The notes under the pieces: model-generated
Told to the model about the DNA's origin: nothing
The model's input: the letters and a program-made list of their open reading frames with translations, nothing else
The model's database searches: none
Shown here: one piece after another, positions 13,990-26,769 of the stretch
Layout of the letters: every line of letters starts with the position of its first letter
Numbering within the stretch: the stretch's first letter is position 1
Origin: the human T2T-CHM13v2.0 reference genome, Homo sapiens
Direction: 5' to 3' (one strand)
NCBI RefSeq assembly: GCF_009914755.1
Contig: NC_060938.1
Length of the DNA: 64,000 bases
Made by a program: the position numbers and the translations under genes

Positions 13990-14680
13990 CCCAGGAGGAC
14001 GCCGGAGACTACTGAGAACCACACATTCACAGAACCCGGGAAGCGGGAGCGAGGGAGAGTGAGTTGACAGAGACGGCATGTGGCTGGCTGGCCAAAGCCT
14101 GGAGACCGGAACAGCTTAAGGTTGGGATCTTTGTGCTTCCCTGGGCAGCGTGTGTGGCCAGCTGCCTAACCTGGATGGCTAGGACCGACTTTGGGCAAGT
14201 CTCTGAAAATTTCCAGGTTGCCATTTCCTCACCTAAAAAATGGGGCAAACAGTGTCTGTTGGTTCCTATCTTACGTCATCAGGCACTTTGCTCTACGAAC
14301 AATGCTGAGAAATGTTTATTTTCACAGCAGTTAGCATGGGTGTGTTTTGTAGGGATGACCTGTCTTTGTGGAAGGGCACAGGTAAGCCAACTACGGCACA
14401 AAAAGGTGCTGGGTCTCCGGGGCCGCACAGGAGCCACGGAGGAGGGGAAGGGTTTCTCTGATGCTCAGGAAGTGAGTGGGCGGAAGTGGGAGCGCGGCAA
14501 GCGGATGGAGCCAGCGAGAAACACATAGCCAGGGTTCTGTCGCGTGACCCCCGACGGCACCTGCTCCCCATCAGCAGCATCATACTCCGGTAACTTCTGG
14601 AAATGCTTGAAAGAGTGGAGTTTTGTGGAAATTGGACCTGGGGCTGGGTTCTGACGGAGGAAGCAGGAAGTCAAGTAGGT
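13990..14680. promoter_or_regulatory. CpG-enriched ETS-site cluster, candidate TATA-less promoter/enhancer
   Basis: Local CpG excess in non-repeat DNA; caggaagtg and ggcggaagtg in tandem (~14466-14488), gaggaagcaggaagtc (~14657-14672), RUNX-like aaccaca (14027-14033), CRE-like ttacgtca (14271-14278). Confidence 0.55.
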
Positions 14681-14923
14681 GGGGAGAGGATGAGGAGGGA
14701 GAAGTCTGGGCACCAGTCAAGTGGACTCTGAAATGGTGGGGAGGGGCTGGACCTTCATAGTAATGTGGAATTGGGCTGCGGGCTAGATTTAATATGATTT
14801 TGAGGAGCAGGAGGTCCTCTATGGATGGCAGAGTTATGTTTAAGTGCCATATAAAGTGTTCCTATGTGCAAACTGAACTTCTGTAATTACTGCAAGGGTG
14901 TTTAAGTCCCTTACACTCCAAGG

Positions 14924-15107
14924 CAGTGGTTCTTAAACTTGGCTGTCATTGGAATACCCTGGTCCCTAAGGAATTTTTTAACAATTCCAGTGTCCAGGCT
15001 GCACTCCATACCAGTTTAATCACAATCACTTGAGGCAGAGCCCAGACATAGGTATTTTTAAAATTTCCCAAGTGACTCCACAATACAGACAAACTTGAGA
15101 ACCAATG
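14924..15107. mobile_element. MER5A hAT MITE
   Basis: TIRs cagtggttcttaaactt...aacttgagaaccaatg. Confidence 0.85.
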
Positions 15108-15115
15108 ATCTAAGG

Positions 15116-15332
15116 CAGAAATTGACTACCTTTTTCTGAACAGGGCCAGATAGTGACTTTTTTAGGCTTTGCAGGCCAGCCAGTCTGGCACAACTACTCG
15201 ACTTTGTTGTTGTGGCATGAAATCAGCTATAGGCAATATGTAAATGAACGTGACTGTGTTCCAATAAAGCTTTATTTACAAAAACAGGCAGACAGCTAAA
15301 TTTGGCATGTAGCGATAGTTTTCCAGCCCCTA
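15116..15332 (-). mobile_element. MER58A hAT MITE
   Basis: gactgtgttccaataaagctttatttacaaaaacaggc. Confidence 0.85.
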
Positions 15333-15394
15333 GTCTAATGCATGGTACAAAATAATACATTTAAGAATACATGGGACTAGAGACCTCCCAATAG

Positions 15395-15915
15395 ACAGAT
15401 GGCATGATGGTTAAGAACTCAGCACTGAAGACCTGACTTGGAGTCCCAGCTCAGCCACAAATGAACTGTGTGACTTTGGCAAGGTCCTTAACTTCTCTGT
15501 GCCTCCATTTCCTTATCAATTAAATGGATATAACAGAAGTACCTACTCTACAGCATTATTTGAGGATTAAATGAGAGGTAATGAATATAAGAAGCTGGCC
15601 GGGCGAGATGACTCATGCCTGTAATCCCAGCACTTTGGGAGGCTGAAGCAGGTGGATCTCCTGAGGTCAGGAGTTTGAGACCAGCCTGGCCAACATGGTG
15701 AAATCCCATCTCTACTAAAAATACAAAAATTAGCTGGGCGTGGTGGCGGGAGCCTGTAATCCCAGCTACTAGGGAGGCTGAGATTGCGCCATCGCACTCC
15801 AGCCTGGGTGACAGGAATGAAACTCTGTCTTAAAAAAAAAAAAAGAATAAGAAGAAGCAGCAGCAGCAAGGCAGTGCCAGCTGAGCATGTAGTACAATTC
15901 TTAATAGTATTATTT
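15395..15915 (+). mobile_element. MIR split by Alu
   Basis: ctgtgtgactttggcaagg...cttctctgtgcctcc...gaggattaaatgaga. Confidence 0.75.
15597..15844 (+). mobile_element. AluSx/Sq-like with ~48-bp right-arm deletion
   Basis: gggaggctgag joined to attgcgcc. Confidence 0.9.
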
Positions 15916-17069
15916 TTCCTTTTTTTTTTTTTTTGGTGATTCTTACCATTTTTCTAAACGAAGAGGATCGTGTAGCTTTTTACTAGGACCCTCAGATAGA
16001 TGCTCTTTGAATAGATGCTGGTTTACTTTTAAGTGCTAGCAGCTAAAGCAACAAGGGAAATGCATTTCAGGGAGATAACTTTTGTTTTCTGACAAAGTTA
16101 ATTTAATTGCCAAGGAGTAATTAGCATGTTAATCTAGGTCTCAGTTTCTCTCTTATAACCGCAAAGAATGAACTTTGGTAAGAAAGACTCCGAAACAAAA
16201 CCAAACCTCCAGCAAGTTGGAGAACTGCGGTACCTACTCCCCCAGACCCCACCAGGGAGGCAGGCCCCTGGGTGAGGCAGATATAGTCCTGGGACTTCTA
16301 GTATGCCTTTTAATTACCTGTCAAAATCATCTCCAGGGGCCCCTTGCCTGGTTTTCATTATTTTTTTTTCTGTCATTATCATGTAAACAATGACCATTTG
16401 TTTTCTTAAAAGATCTTCACTGCAGACAACAAGCCCCCAGGCTGCAAAACCCTCAGTTATGTAAGGTTGGGGTTTAGGTATTGCTAGGCTCTGGGACTTG
16501 GAAAAATATCTTGGTACCAAAGGTGACCTTTTATTTTTTTCTCTACCTGAAGTGATTAGTTCATTTGCTTGTCTCCCCCTACCTCCCTACCCCCAAAAAG
16601 AGCATAGATCAATCTGAACAGCCTCATCGGTGGAGTGTCAGCAATATCTCACTGTCCAGGTGGTTCCAAAAAATACATCGTCACCATGGAGCTATTTTTA
16701 CCATTGCCCAGTATTTCTATTTCCTCTGTGGTTTGCAAGGATGGGCATCACTTCTCAGTGACACATGAGCCTCTCGGAGTTCCAGGGAGGCTGACATATT
16801 TCTTGTAGCTTACCCCATCCTTCTGCCTGTCCTATCCTTGAACTTTCTTCCACGCAGCCTAAGCCTTATCTATTCTTGAAAACAGAATTCAAACATCTCC
16901 CCAACAGAAAGTGAATGTCTAATTTTCTGGGCCTCCCCGACCTTGTGTCGAAATTTCTTGGCAGGCAGGGAATGCTTTCCCTACTGTGGTGCTGAAAATT
17001 CTTCAAGGGCAGAAGGAGTAGTCCGTCTTCCTCTTGCAGAAGACATTGTCAGAGCAGAAAAAGCAGATG

Positions 17070-17285
17070 GTGCAGGGAGAAGGGTGTGTCCTTTGCAGCC
17101 AGAGTTTGAACTTGAGCTAGGTGACTTAATGAGTAAGGCAAATGATCGGACCTCTGAGCAAAATTTCCTCCTCTGTAAACTGAGTATCATAATCCCAGTA
17201 TCAGAGATTGTGGGCTGGAGGTGGTGAGATGCTCCATATTAGGTGCCTAGCACAGCAGCTGCAAGAATGGGCACACCTAGATGTG
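17070..17285 (+). mobile_element. MIR
   Basis: acctctgagc...tttcctcctctgtaaa...gtgcctagcacag. Confidence 0.6.
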
Positions 17286-17358
17286 TTGATTCCTTGATTT
17301 CCCACCTGTTTGACAGGCTAAAGCGTTCATGGAAATGTATGTGGATGGAAGAGAGAAG

Positions 17359-17689
17359 TGTCATAGTCCATTTGGGCTGCTATAACAATTTATTGCTCAC
17401 AGTTCTGGAGGCTGGGAAGCCCAAGATGAAGGCACCAGCAGATTCAGTGTCTGATGAGGGTCCGCTTTCTGTTTTACAGATAGCTGTCCTTTTCCTGTGT
17501 CCTCACATGGCAGAAAGGGCAAGGGGTCTCTTTTGGGCCTCTTTTATAAAGGCACTAATCTCATTGATGTGGGCCTCACCCTCATGGCCTAATCACCTTC
17601 TAAAGACCCCAACTCCTAATACCATCATGTTGGGGATTAGGATTTCAACATACAAATATGGCATAGACACAGACATTGAGACCATAGCT
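17359..17689 (-). mobile_element. MLT1A0-like MaLR LTR
   Basis: tgtcatagtccatttgggctgctataaca...ctcacagttctggaggctgggaag...accatagc. Confidence 0.85.
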
Positions 17690-18000
17690 GGAGGGAAAGG
17701 AGAGGAAAGTCAGGAGAGTGGGAAGGAAGGAAGGAAGGAAGGAAGGAAGGAAGGAAGGAAGGAAGGAGATAAAGAATGGGAAGGCAGGGGGAGAACTCAG
17801 GAAGGAAGGAAGGAGGGAGGTAGGGAGGGCAGGAAGGAGGGAAGGAAGGAAGGAAGGGGAGAAAGAATGGGAAGGCAGGGGGAGAACTCAGGAAGGAAGG
17901 GAGGGAGGAAGGGAGGGAGGGAGGGAAAGGCTGGGGGAGAACTCAGGAAGGAAGGGAGGGAGGAAGGGAGGGAGGGAGGGAAAGGCTCGGGGAGAACTCT
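17690..18000 (+). repeat. (GGAA)11 microsatellite plus compound purine minisatellite
   Basis: GGAA x11 at 17721-17764; four copies of gggagaactc-containing units separated by GGAA/GGGA runs. Confidence 0.95.
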
Positions 18001-18477
18001 AAGCAGAAAGGCAGGTGATGAAATGCAGGACCATTGGGCATCCAGGAAGTTCTGGGGTGGGATCACGGAGACCTGTGCTTTAGCTAGGCTGAAACTTAGG
18101 CCAGACCAGGCCTGTCCTGCTGCGCTCAGCAGGGCTCATCTTGCCTCAGTGTGGCTGGATGCTTGGGCAAGGCTGTTGGTGCATTGAGGACATGGTACAG
18201 CCTGGACAGAGCAGGCAGGACTGCTCATTAGCTAAGAGGCTGGGTTCTGAGTTGTTCTAGGCTAAGTTTGGTCAGACAAGAAGTTCTAGAGAAAGGCCAG
18301 TGGTTGGTCTCCTTCTGGTGGTTTTGAGGGAAGAGGCCTCATGGTCAGGAGGCAGTAGGATATGCTAGCATCACCCCAGAGCAAAACCTGCTGAGTCTTA
18401 AAGAGCCCAGTCTGTTATACCAGGACTGGCTCCCCAGAGACAGGGCGGTGTTCTTTTGGGGCTAAAAGTTCATTTGC

Positions 18478-19200
18478 CTCATTCATTTGTTGAACATTTA
18501 TTGAGTGTCTACTGTTTGCTGTGCTGAGTGCTGAGACAAAACATTGTCCCATACTTGAAGGAGCTTCCAGACTATTGGAGGTCATGGGTATCAATAAGTG
18601 AACAGTTTGTTCCAATTCAGAACAATAAGTACTGTTCTGGAACTGAGTGAGGTGCAGATGAGCAGGATGTGTGTGTCAGGGGGCACAGAGAGGACCCTCA
18701 ACCTAGGCTTGGAGGTCAAGCAAGGCTTCTGAGTATTTTACTTGGCCAAAAGGGTGGGAAAGATGTTTCATTTGGAAATGCAATATTTGGGGGCTCAAGA
18801 GAGAGCATGGTGCCTGCAGCTGGGATATGCTCTGGTTATGATCCTGGGGGAGGCTGAGGGTGAAGGATGCATGGATACCAGGCTAAGGCCTTGGCATTTT
18901 ATCTTCAAGGCACAGAGGAGCCAGTGATAGGTGAATTTTGACCAGGGGAGTGCTTTGATCTGGTTTACCATCTAGAAGCATCATAGGGGGAAGCTGAGAG
19001 TGGTCAAGAGCATTGCCTGGACTTGGGAACCAGAAGCGGGTAATGGGAGCCTGCATGAAGGTTCTAAGAGGAGAGAGGAAAGAAGTGGCAAGGAGAAGGT
19101 GGACAAGCATGCTGGGGAGGCAAAGCTGGCTGGCCTTGGTGACACAGTGGATGTGGGTGTAATGAAGAGAGGGATGACCCCTGGGAACACAGAGGCTGCA
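18478..19200 (-). mobile_element. L2 relic
   Basis: cattcatttgttgaacatttattgagtgtctact antisense L2 tail. Confidence 0.7.
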
Positions 19201-19321
19201 GATTGGATAGGAAGGGGTAGCTCTAGAGAGAGAGGTCAGCAAGGAGGAAGTTAGGAGTGTTGGGCTGAGACACACTACTCCTGATCTGGAAGGGGGGTGA
19301 TATGGATGGAGAGAAAGAGCC

Positions 19322-19675
19322 TGTATTGGTATGTTTTCATGCCACTGATTACAAGACAGGGTAATTTATAAAGAAAAAGAGGCTTAATGGACTCACAGTT
19401 CCATGTGGCTGTGGAGGCCTCACAATCATGGTGGAAGGCAAGAGGCCCATCTTACATGGTGGCAGTCAAGAGAGAAGTGAGAGCCAAGCAAAAGGGGAAA
19501 CCCCTCATAAAACCATCAGATCTCATGAGACTTTTTCACTACCACGAGAACAGTATGGAGGAAACCGCCCCCATAATTCAGTTATCTCCCACTGGGTCCC
19601 TTCCACAACACATGGGAATTGTGGGAGCTACAATTCAAGATGAGATTTAGGTGGGGACACAGCCAAACCATATCA
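19322..19675 (-). mobile_element. THE1B solo LTR
   Basis: ggactcacagttccatgtggct...ggggacacagccaaaccatatca; TSD gagcc/gggcc. Confidence 0.9.
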
Positions 19676-20080
19676 GGGCCCTTTTTTCTAAAATATTTGG
19701 GAGAAATCTCCCACTCTATGAGCTAGAATGCATTTCCTGCAATGGAAGTTGATACAAATTACATGCATGTGATTTCCCAGGGCCCTTTGCATCCAGGCTG
19801 TGCGCACATGACCTGGGCTTCTGCTCCTTGAGTCAGAAGTTTGTGAAGAAGTAAAGATATCCTGGCAGGGCTGGTGGCAAGGCAGCAGCTCCATTGGATT
19901 TCCAGGTTAGCAGTGGCAGGGTCTGGGGTCCAGCACTGGTGATGCATCTGTGCCCGGCAGCTCAGCAGCCACGTCTCCACCCAGCGGGGTCTTCAGGATA
20001 GTTTGGGGTGTCAGTCCTGGATGTGTAGCTTCCAAGCCTGGTTTTCTAGCCCTCCCCAAGGGTGTAACCTCCCTGATGTC

Positions 20081-20700
20081 TTTTTTTATTTTTTAAAAAT
20101 TGTGGTGAATTATACACAGCATTAAAAGCACCACCTTAATCATTTTTAAATGTATTGTCCAGTGGCATGAAGTACGTTCCTACTGTCATGCAACCATCAC
20201 TACGATCCATCTCCAGAAAGGCTTCATGTTCCCAAACCAAAACTCTATACCCATTAAACACTAACTGCTCATTTCCTTGCTCCCAGCCTCTGGCAGCAAC
20301 CATTCTACTTTCTGTCTCTGTGAATTTGACTGTTCTAGGTACCTCATATAAGTGAAATCATACAGTGTTTGTTTTTTGTGACCGATTTATTTCACTTAGC
20401 AGAATGTCTTCAGATTTCATCCATGTTGTAGCATGTGCCAGTATTTCATTCCTTTTTAAGGCTAAGAAATTTCCCCTGTATGCATAGACCACTCATCTGT
20501 CAATGTACTCTTGGAGGCTTCCATGTGTTGGCTATTGTGAATAGTGCTGCTGTGCATGTGGGTGTGCAAATACCTGTTCTAGTCCCTGCTTTCAGTTCTT
20601 TTGAGCATATACCCCAAAGTGAGTTGCTGTATTACATGGTAAATCTATTTTTAATGTTTTGAGGAACATCATATTGTTTTCCACAGCAGCTGTGCTATTT
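20081..20700 (-). mobile_element. L1MB 3' fragment
   Basis: aattgtggtgaattatacac...caaccattctactttctgtctctgtgaatttgact. Confidence 0.85.
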
Positions 20701-21062
20701 TGCAGAGATGGGATTCTTCCTGGGGCTTTAAATAGGTCTGAGCCTGGGTGGGGCAGGTGCAGGCTAGGTCCTAGGAATTATTCGAGAAACCAGATTATTC
20801 AAGTAACTCAGATGAAGGGTCATCTGAGTCCTCCTCTTTCAGGGATTGACATCCAGGGTAGAGAACAAACTCATGGCTCAATGTCATTTCTTGCCTGTGG
20901 GACTATTCTGGGATCCGTGTAGTCATTTGGACAGAGACTCCACCTCTTTCTCCCCCAAAACCCCCTTCCAAGATTAGTCATCACCTCCCTCTCATTAGCT
21001 CCCATGGGAACACATTAATGGCCTTTCCCCGTAAGCAATACACTTTAAAAATGGCCAAAGCC

Positions 21063-21404
<342 letters not shown>

Positions 21405-22058
21405 TTACTTCTCTGCTCGCCCCTCTCTCATTAAATGAGAAAACCTTTTCCTTGGAGGCTGTGAGCACTGACTTGGGAATGAGGATGTCCTGGTTCAATC
21501 CTGGCTTTGTTTAATTCTCAGGGTGACCTGGGTGAGAACCCACCCTCTCTGGGCCTCAGTTTCCCCATTTGTAAAACAGAGAGCTGCTTTAGACCAGGGA
21601 TTCCCAACCCCCTCCCCACCAAGATGCTCTTTGGTTTTTGTCCTTGGAAGGCTATATTTTGAAAGATGTTATCTGTCAGATAGAGCTTATTTTAATAACA
21701 TTAGGTTCTCCATGTTTTATTAAAGACATCCATAACTTCCAACTAAAGCTTCTGATCACAGTATAAGCAAATTGAGTTGATGTCATTTCATGCAAGAGCT
21801 GGTGTGACCTCATCTTGGTTGGGAATGTGATGTTCCCTTTGCAATTTAAAAATATTGAAAATAGTTCTCAGATCCCCATTACTATTCCTGAGGAACCTAG
21901 CCTCAGTACCACCAGTAATATGGCAAGATTGCAATACCTGAGTCTTAGAACCACCTCTGTAATTCTGTGAAATGGAAAGAGTGTAGACTTTGGGCACAGA
22001 AGTCTGAGTTTTTAATTTTATTTCAAGTCTACTGATTAATCTGGTGTGACCTTGGCAG

Positions 22059-23098
22059 TGTGGAAAAAAGTCCACAAATTCTTTGAAACTCCTCCCTTCA
22101 GATGAGTGTGGGCATGTTCAGGGTATGTGGCCATAAACACTCAGTTCCCTTCCCCTTATGTGTGGACTGTGCATACTTGGTGACTCTGCAACTAGAATGT
22201 GGTGGGAAAGCTGATGTTAGACTTTTAGCACTGGAGCACAAAAGGCATTGCAGCTTCTTCCTTATTCTCCCTCTGAGAGCACTTGCTCTGGAGGAAGATG
22301 GTTGCTATGTTGTAAGGACACTAAAGTAGACTATAGGAGTCACCCTCATGGTGAGGAACTGAGGTCTTCTGCCAGCAGCCATGTGAGTGAACCACCTTGG
22401 AAGCTTGTATTAGTTTTCTATTGCTGCTGTAACAAATGACCACAAACCTAGCAGCTTAAAACATCACACATTTATCTTGAAGTCTGTAGGTTAGAAGTCC
22501 AACAGGGTCTCCCTGGGCTAAAATCAAGGTGTCAGCAGGGCTGTTTCTTTATGGAGTCTGTAGGGGAGAATCTGCTTCCTTGTCTTTTCCAACTTTAGCA
22601 GTAGCCTGCATTCTTTGGCTTGTTGCCCCTTCCTCTGTCTTGAAACCAACAACACTGCATCTTTCCGACACTGCTTCTGTTGCCGGTCTTTTTCTCTGAC
22701 ATCCTTTTCTGCTTCCCTTTTCAATTTTTAGGACCCTGTGATTACATTGGATAATCTAGAATAATATACTAGTTGGCAGCCTTCACTCTGTCTGCAACAT
22801 TCATTTCTTTTTACCATACAATATTTACAGGTTTCAGGAATTAGGGTATGGACATCTTTATGGGGCCATTATTCTGCCTTACACAGAAACGGATCCTCCA
22901 GCCCTGGTCAAGCCTTTGGAGGACTGGGACCCCTGCCAATGTCCTGATTGAAAACCTCATGAGAAACTGAGCCAGAACTACCCAGCTATGCTTCTCCCTG
23001 GTTTCTGAACCACAGGCACTGTGAGATAATGCACGTTTGTTGTTTTAAGCCGCTAAGGTTTGGAGTAATTTGTTATGCTCCAAAAGATACCAAATACA
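22059..23098 (+). mobile_element. MLT1F-like LTR split by MLT1D
   Basis: TSD ggcag (22054-22058/23099-23103); ends ...ttttaagccgctaag...aaataca. Confidence 0.75.
22406..22885 (-). mobile_element. MLT1D LTR
   Basis: tgtattagttttctattgctgctgtaacaaat...ggccattattctgccttacaca. Confidence 0.85.
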
Positions 23099-23988
23099 GG
23101 CAGGTTAATTAGCCTTTTTCAGCCTCTTTCATTTATAAAATTGGGATAGTTATACCTTGCAGAACTGTTGTAATGGTTAAGTAGGTCAGTGTTTGGAAAA
23201 TACCTGGCATAGAGCAGATGTTCCATAAATGCTCAATTTCTTTTTTCTTAGCCTCCCTTTTTGTTTTCTAAAGGGCACCCCAGCAGTGGCAGAAAATAAG
23301 GGCAGCCGCCAGCAGCGGCAGAAACTCCAGTCTTTAGCAATAAGTTTGTCATGCAAATTCAGCATCAAGACAAATACCCAAGGCCAATTACCAACCAGAC
23401 CACCTCCCTTAAACCACTTCTACACAGAAATTCTGATTGATGTTGCCTTTGAGGCACTGCTAGAACTCTTAGAAGCTCCAGGGCACAGCAATGGAAAACC
23501 ACTGATAGACAGATAGACTCCACTTAGAATATTCACTTTGCAAACAATGAGGTGAGCGTGTCACACACACCACCGTGTGTAACTCTCAAAGATGTGGAGG
23601 TGATCTGTGGGTTTGACCAGCTGAAGGAGGGATGGAGGAGCAGCTGCTTCGGCTCTTTGTTATGTAGGAGTTCTCATCAATCGTGCACCAGCCACAGCTT
23701 CTCAGGGTGATTACTATGATCTTTTGGCTTCCTCTGAGGCTTGACAATTCAAGATATTAATACATTACCAGGAGTGGAAATGTTTGGAATATTAAATGTC
23801 ATTATTTTAAAAATGGTTCCTCCATCCCCAAAAAAGTGGTTGTAAATTTAGGAGAGACATGTCAGAAGTGGAGTGAGAGCGTGGGCATGGATTTGTCTGC
23901 TTAAAAAAATAAATGTGCCATCTTAAGTACTTTTTTAAAATGTGGCACCATCAATGGGAATGACTTGCTTATTGAAAATGTACAGTGT

Positions 23989-24282
23989 GGGCTCGGTGTG
24001 GTGGCTCATGCCTATAATCCCAGCATTTTGTGAGGCCAAGGCAAGTGGATAGCTTGAGCCCGGGAGTTCCAGAGCAGCCTGGGCAACATGGCAAAACCCT
24101 GTCTCTACTAAAAATACAAAAAATTAGCCAGGTGTGGTGGCGCGTCTGTAGTCCCAGCTACTCAGGAGCCTGAGGTGGGAGGATCACTTGAGCCCAGGAG
24201 GCAGAGGTTGCAGTGAGCTGAGATCATGTCACTGCACTCCAGACTGAGTGACAGAGTAAGACCCTATCTCAAAAGAAAAAAA
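23989..24282 (+). mobile_element. AluJb
   Basis: cttgagcccgggagttc; TSD gaaaatgtacagtgt/gaaaatgtacaatgt. Confidence 0.92.
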
Positions 24283-24789
24283 GAAAATGTACAATGTATA
24301 GGTGGGGCCCTTAGAGGAAGAAAGGAGGTGAGAAAAGACAGAAGAAGAATGCAGAAAAACTGTACTGGGATTAGAGCGGGGACCTGAGGATTGGGGGCAG
24401 AGGAAGTTGTCAGAATGATTCCAGTTGGCAGACTCGAGCACTGGAGAAGGTGCTCTAAAACTCGCAGATGCAGGAAAAGGACAGAGACAAGACAGACATC
24501 TTAGAGTGAGATAGATACACATACGAGACATACATCACCCAGTGAGGAAAATGGAAGAGTATTTGCTGGGGCTCAGGCTGAACAGAGGAGTTAGTGACAC
24601 CGCAAGGAAGGGTGAGAGCATGTGCCACAAGCTAGAACCAGTGCAGCTGGGCCAAGGAGAGAGGGTGGGAGGGGAGGGAAGATAGTCATGCTTGGGATCA
24701 ACTGTTTAGGGCTTTTCCTACGTTCAGTTTTTTGTTGTAATATTTACTGAGCATTTACTGTTGTGTCATGTCCAAGCTAGGCAGGAGGG

Positions 24790-25695
<906 letters not shown>

Positions 25696-25864
25696 TGAAT
25701 AAGTTAGGGCTCCTTAGTCAGTGTTTCTGGAATGAACAGTTAAAGATGCCAAGAGGATGGTGGTCTGGTGGGGGAGACAAGGCCGTGAAGAGTCCCCATG
25801 GAGTGAGACTGGTGCTTGAGCAGGCATTAACACAGAGGCTCACCACAGGCACCCACCTGCCCTG

Positions 25865-26284
25865 GGTCGGCGGCCATCACAGATTCGATTCCCAGCCAGT
25901 GGACTCTGAAAGGGAGGTTGCGTGCAGGAAGCATATTGGGGCTATTGTGAGCAACACCTGCAGCGGTGCAGGGCAGGGAGCAGGGCTGGGCAGAGGCAGA
26001 GGCTGCCATGTGGCATGGTTGAGCATAGGAAGCTCTAGATGGTTCTTCAGAGTTGCACTGAGTGGAGGCCAGCAGCTGCCTCTCTGCCCTGGGCCCCACT
26101 GCCCGCATCGACAGTGATCAGGCTGGAAGGACGGCATGGCCTTGGGAGAGGCAGTTCTCTTGGTAGAGGGCAATTCCTGGGAAGGGACCCAGCGAGGATC
26201 TCCCAGCCTCCAATAACCCCACAGCTGGGGAGGAGAACTCGGTCCTGAAGGAGGATCTAGGTGATGCCCTACAGCATCTGCTCT
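25865..26284 (-). mobile_element. LTR33-family (ERVL) solo LTR
   Basis: Minus strand gatgctgtagggcatcacctagatcctccttcaggaccgag...ggaattgccctc resembles LTR33 5' end. Confidence 0.7.
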
Positions 26285-26767
26285 GGGAGGAGAGAGGGAG
26301 GAGCTGGCGGAAGAGACTCCCTGTGGACTGGGGCTGTAGAGCAGAGGGCAGAAGGGATGTCCAGGCTGAGAAAACAGCTGTGGCAAATTGTGGAGGCCTG
26401 GAAAAGTAGAAAAGATGTGGGTCCTGCAAGTCTTTGGGGACATCTGGAGGGAAGTGTGCAGAGGGGGACTGGACATTGGTGAGCAAGGAGCCTGGGAGGC
26501 GAGTGATGACCATGTGATGAAAGAGCTTGCAGATGAAACAAGGAGGTGGCTTCATCCACTGGGTCAGGGTGTGGCAGGATAGGGTCTGGATAGGCTTTGA
26601 AAGCTTTCTGGGGCACAATTCAATGCAGAGGAAGCCATGGGAGGCAGGGAGGCTGCAGTCCAGGTGAGGGTGATGAGGCTGCTGGTGCTGGCTCAGTTAC
26701 TGCAGGGCTGAGCCAGGGGACCTTGGCAGAGTCCCCAGGGCAAAGCTTGTCTCCAGAAATCTCCTCA

Positions 26768-26769
<2 letters not shown>

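Larger units (their letters stand above)
21965..23240 (+). mobile_element. MIR split by MLT1F-like LTR
   Basis: gtgtgaccttggcag|...|ggcaggttaatt...tacctggcatagagc. Confidence 0.7.

Noticed and set aside
14064-14528. 154-aa ORF across the CpG-rich region
   Set aside because: TTG start, no family similarity; better explained by GC content
17243-18187. Longest ORF (314 aa)
   Set aside because: Starts at GTG and runs through MIR, antisense MLT1A0 and a T-poor GGAA repeat that rarely forms stops; no domain
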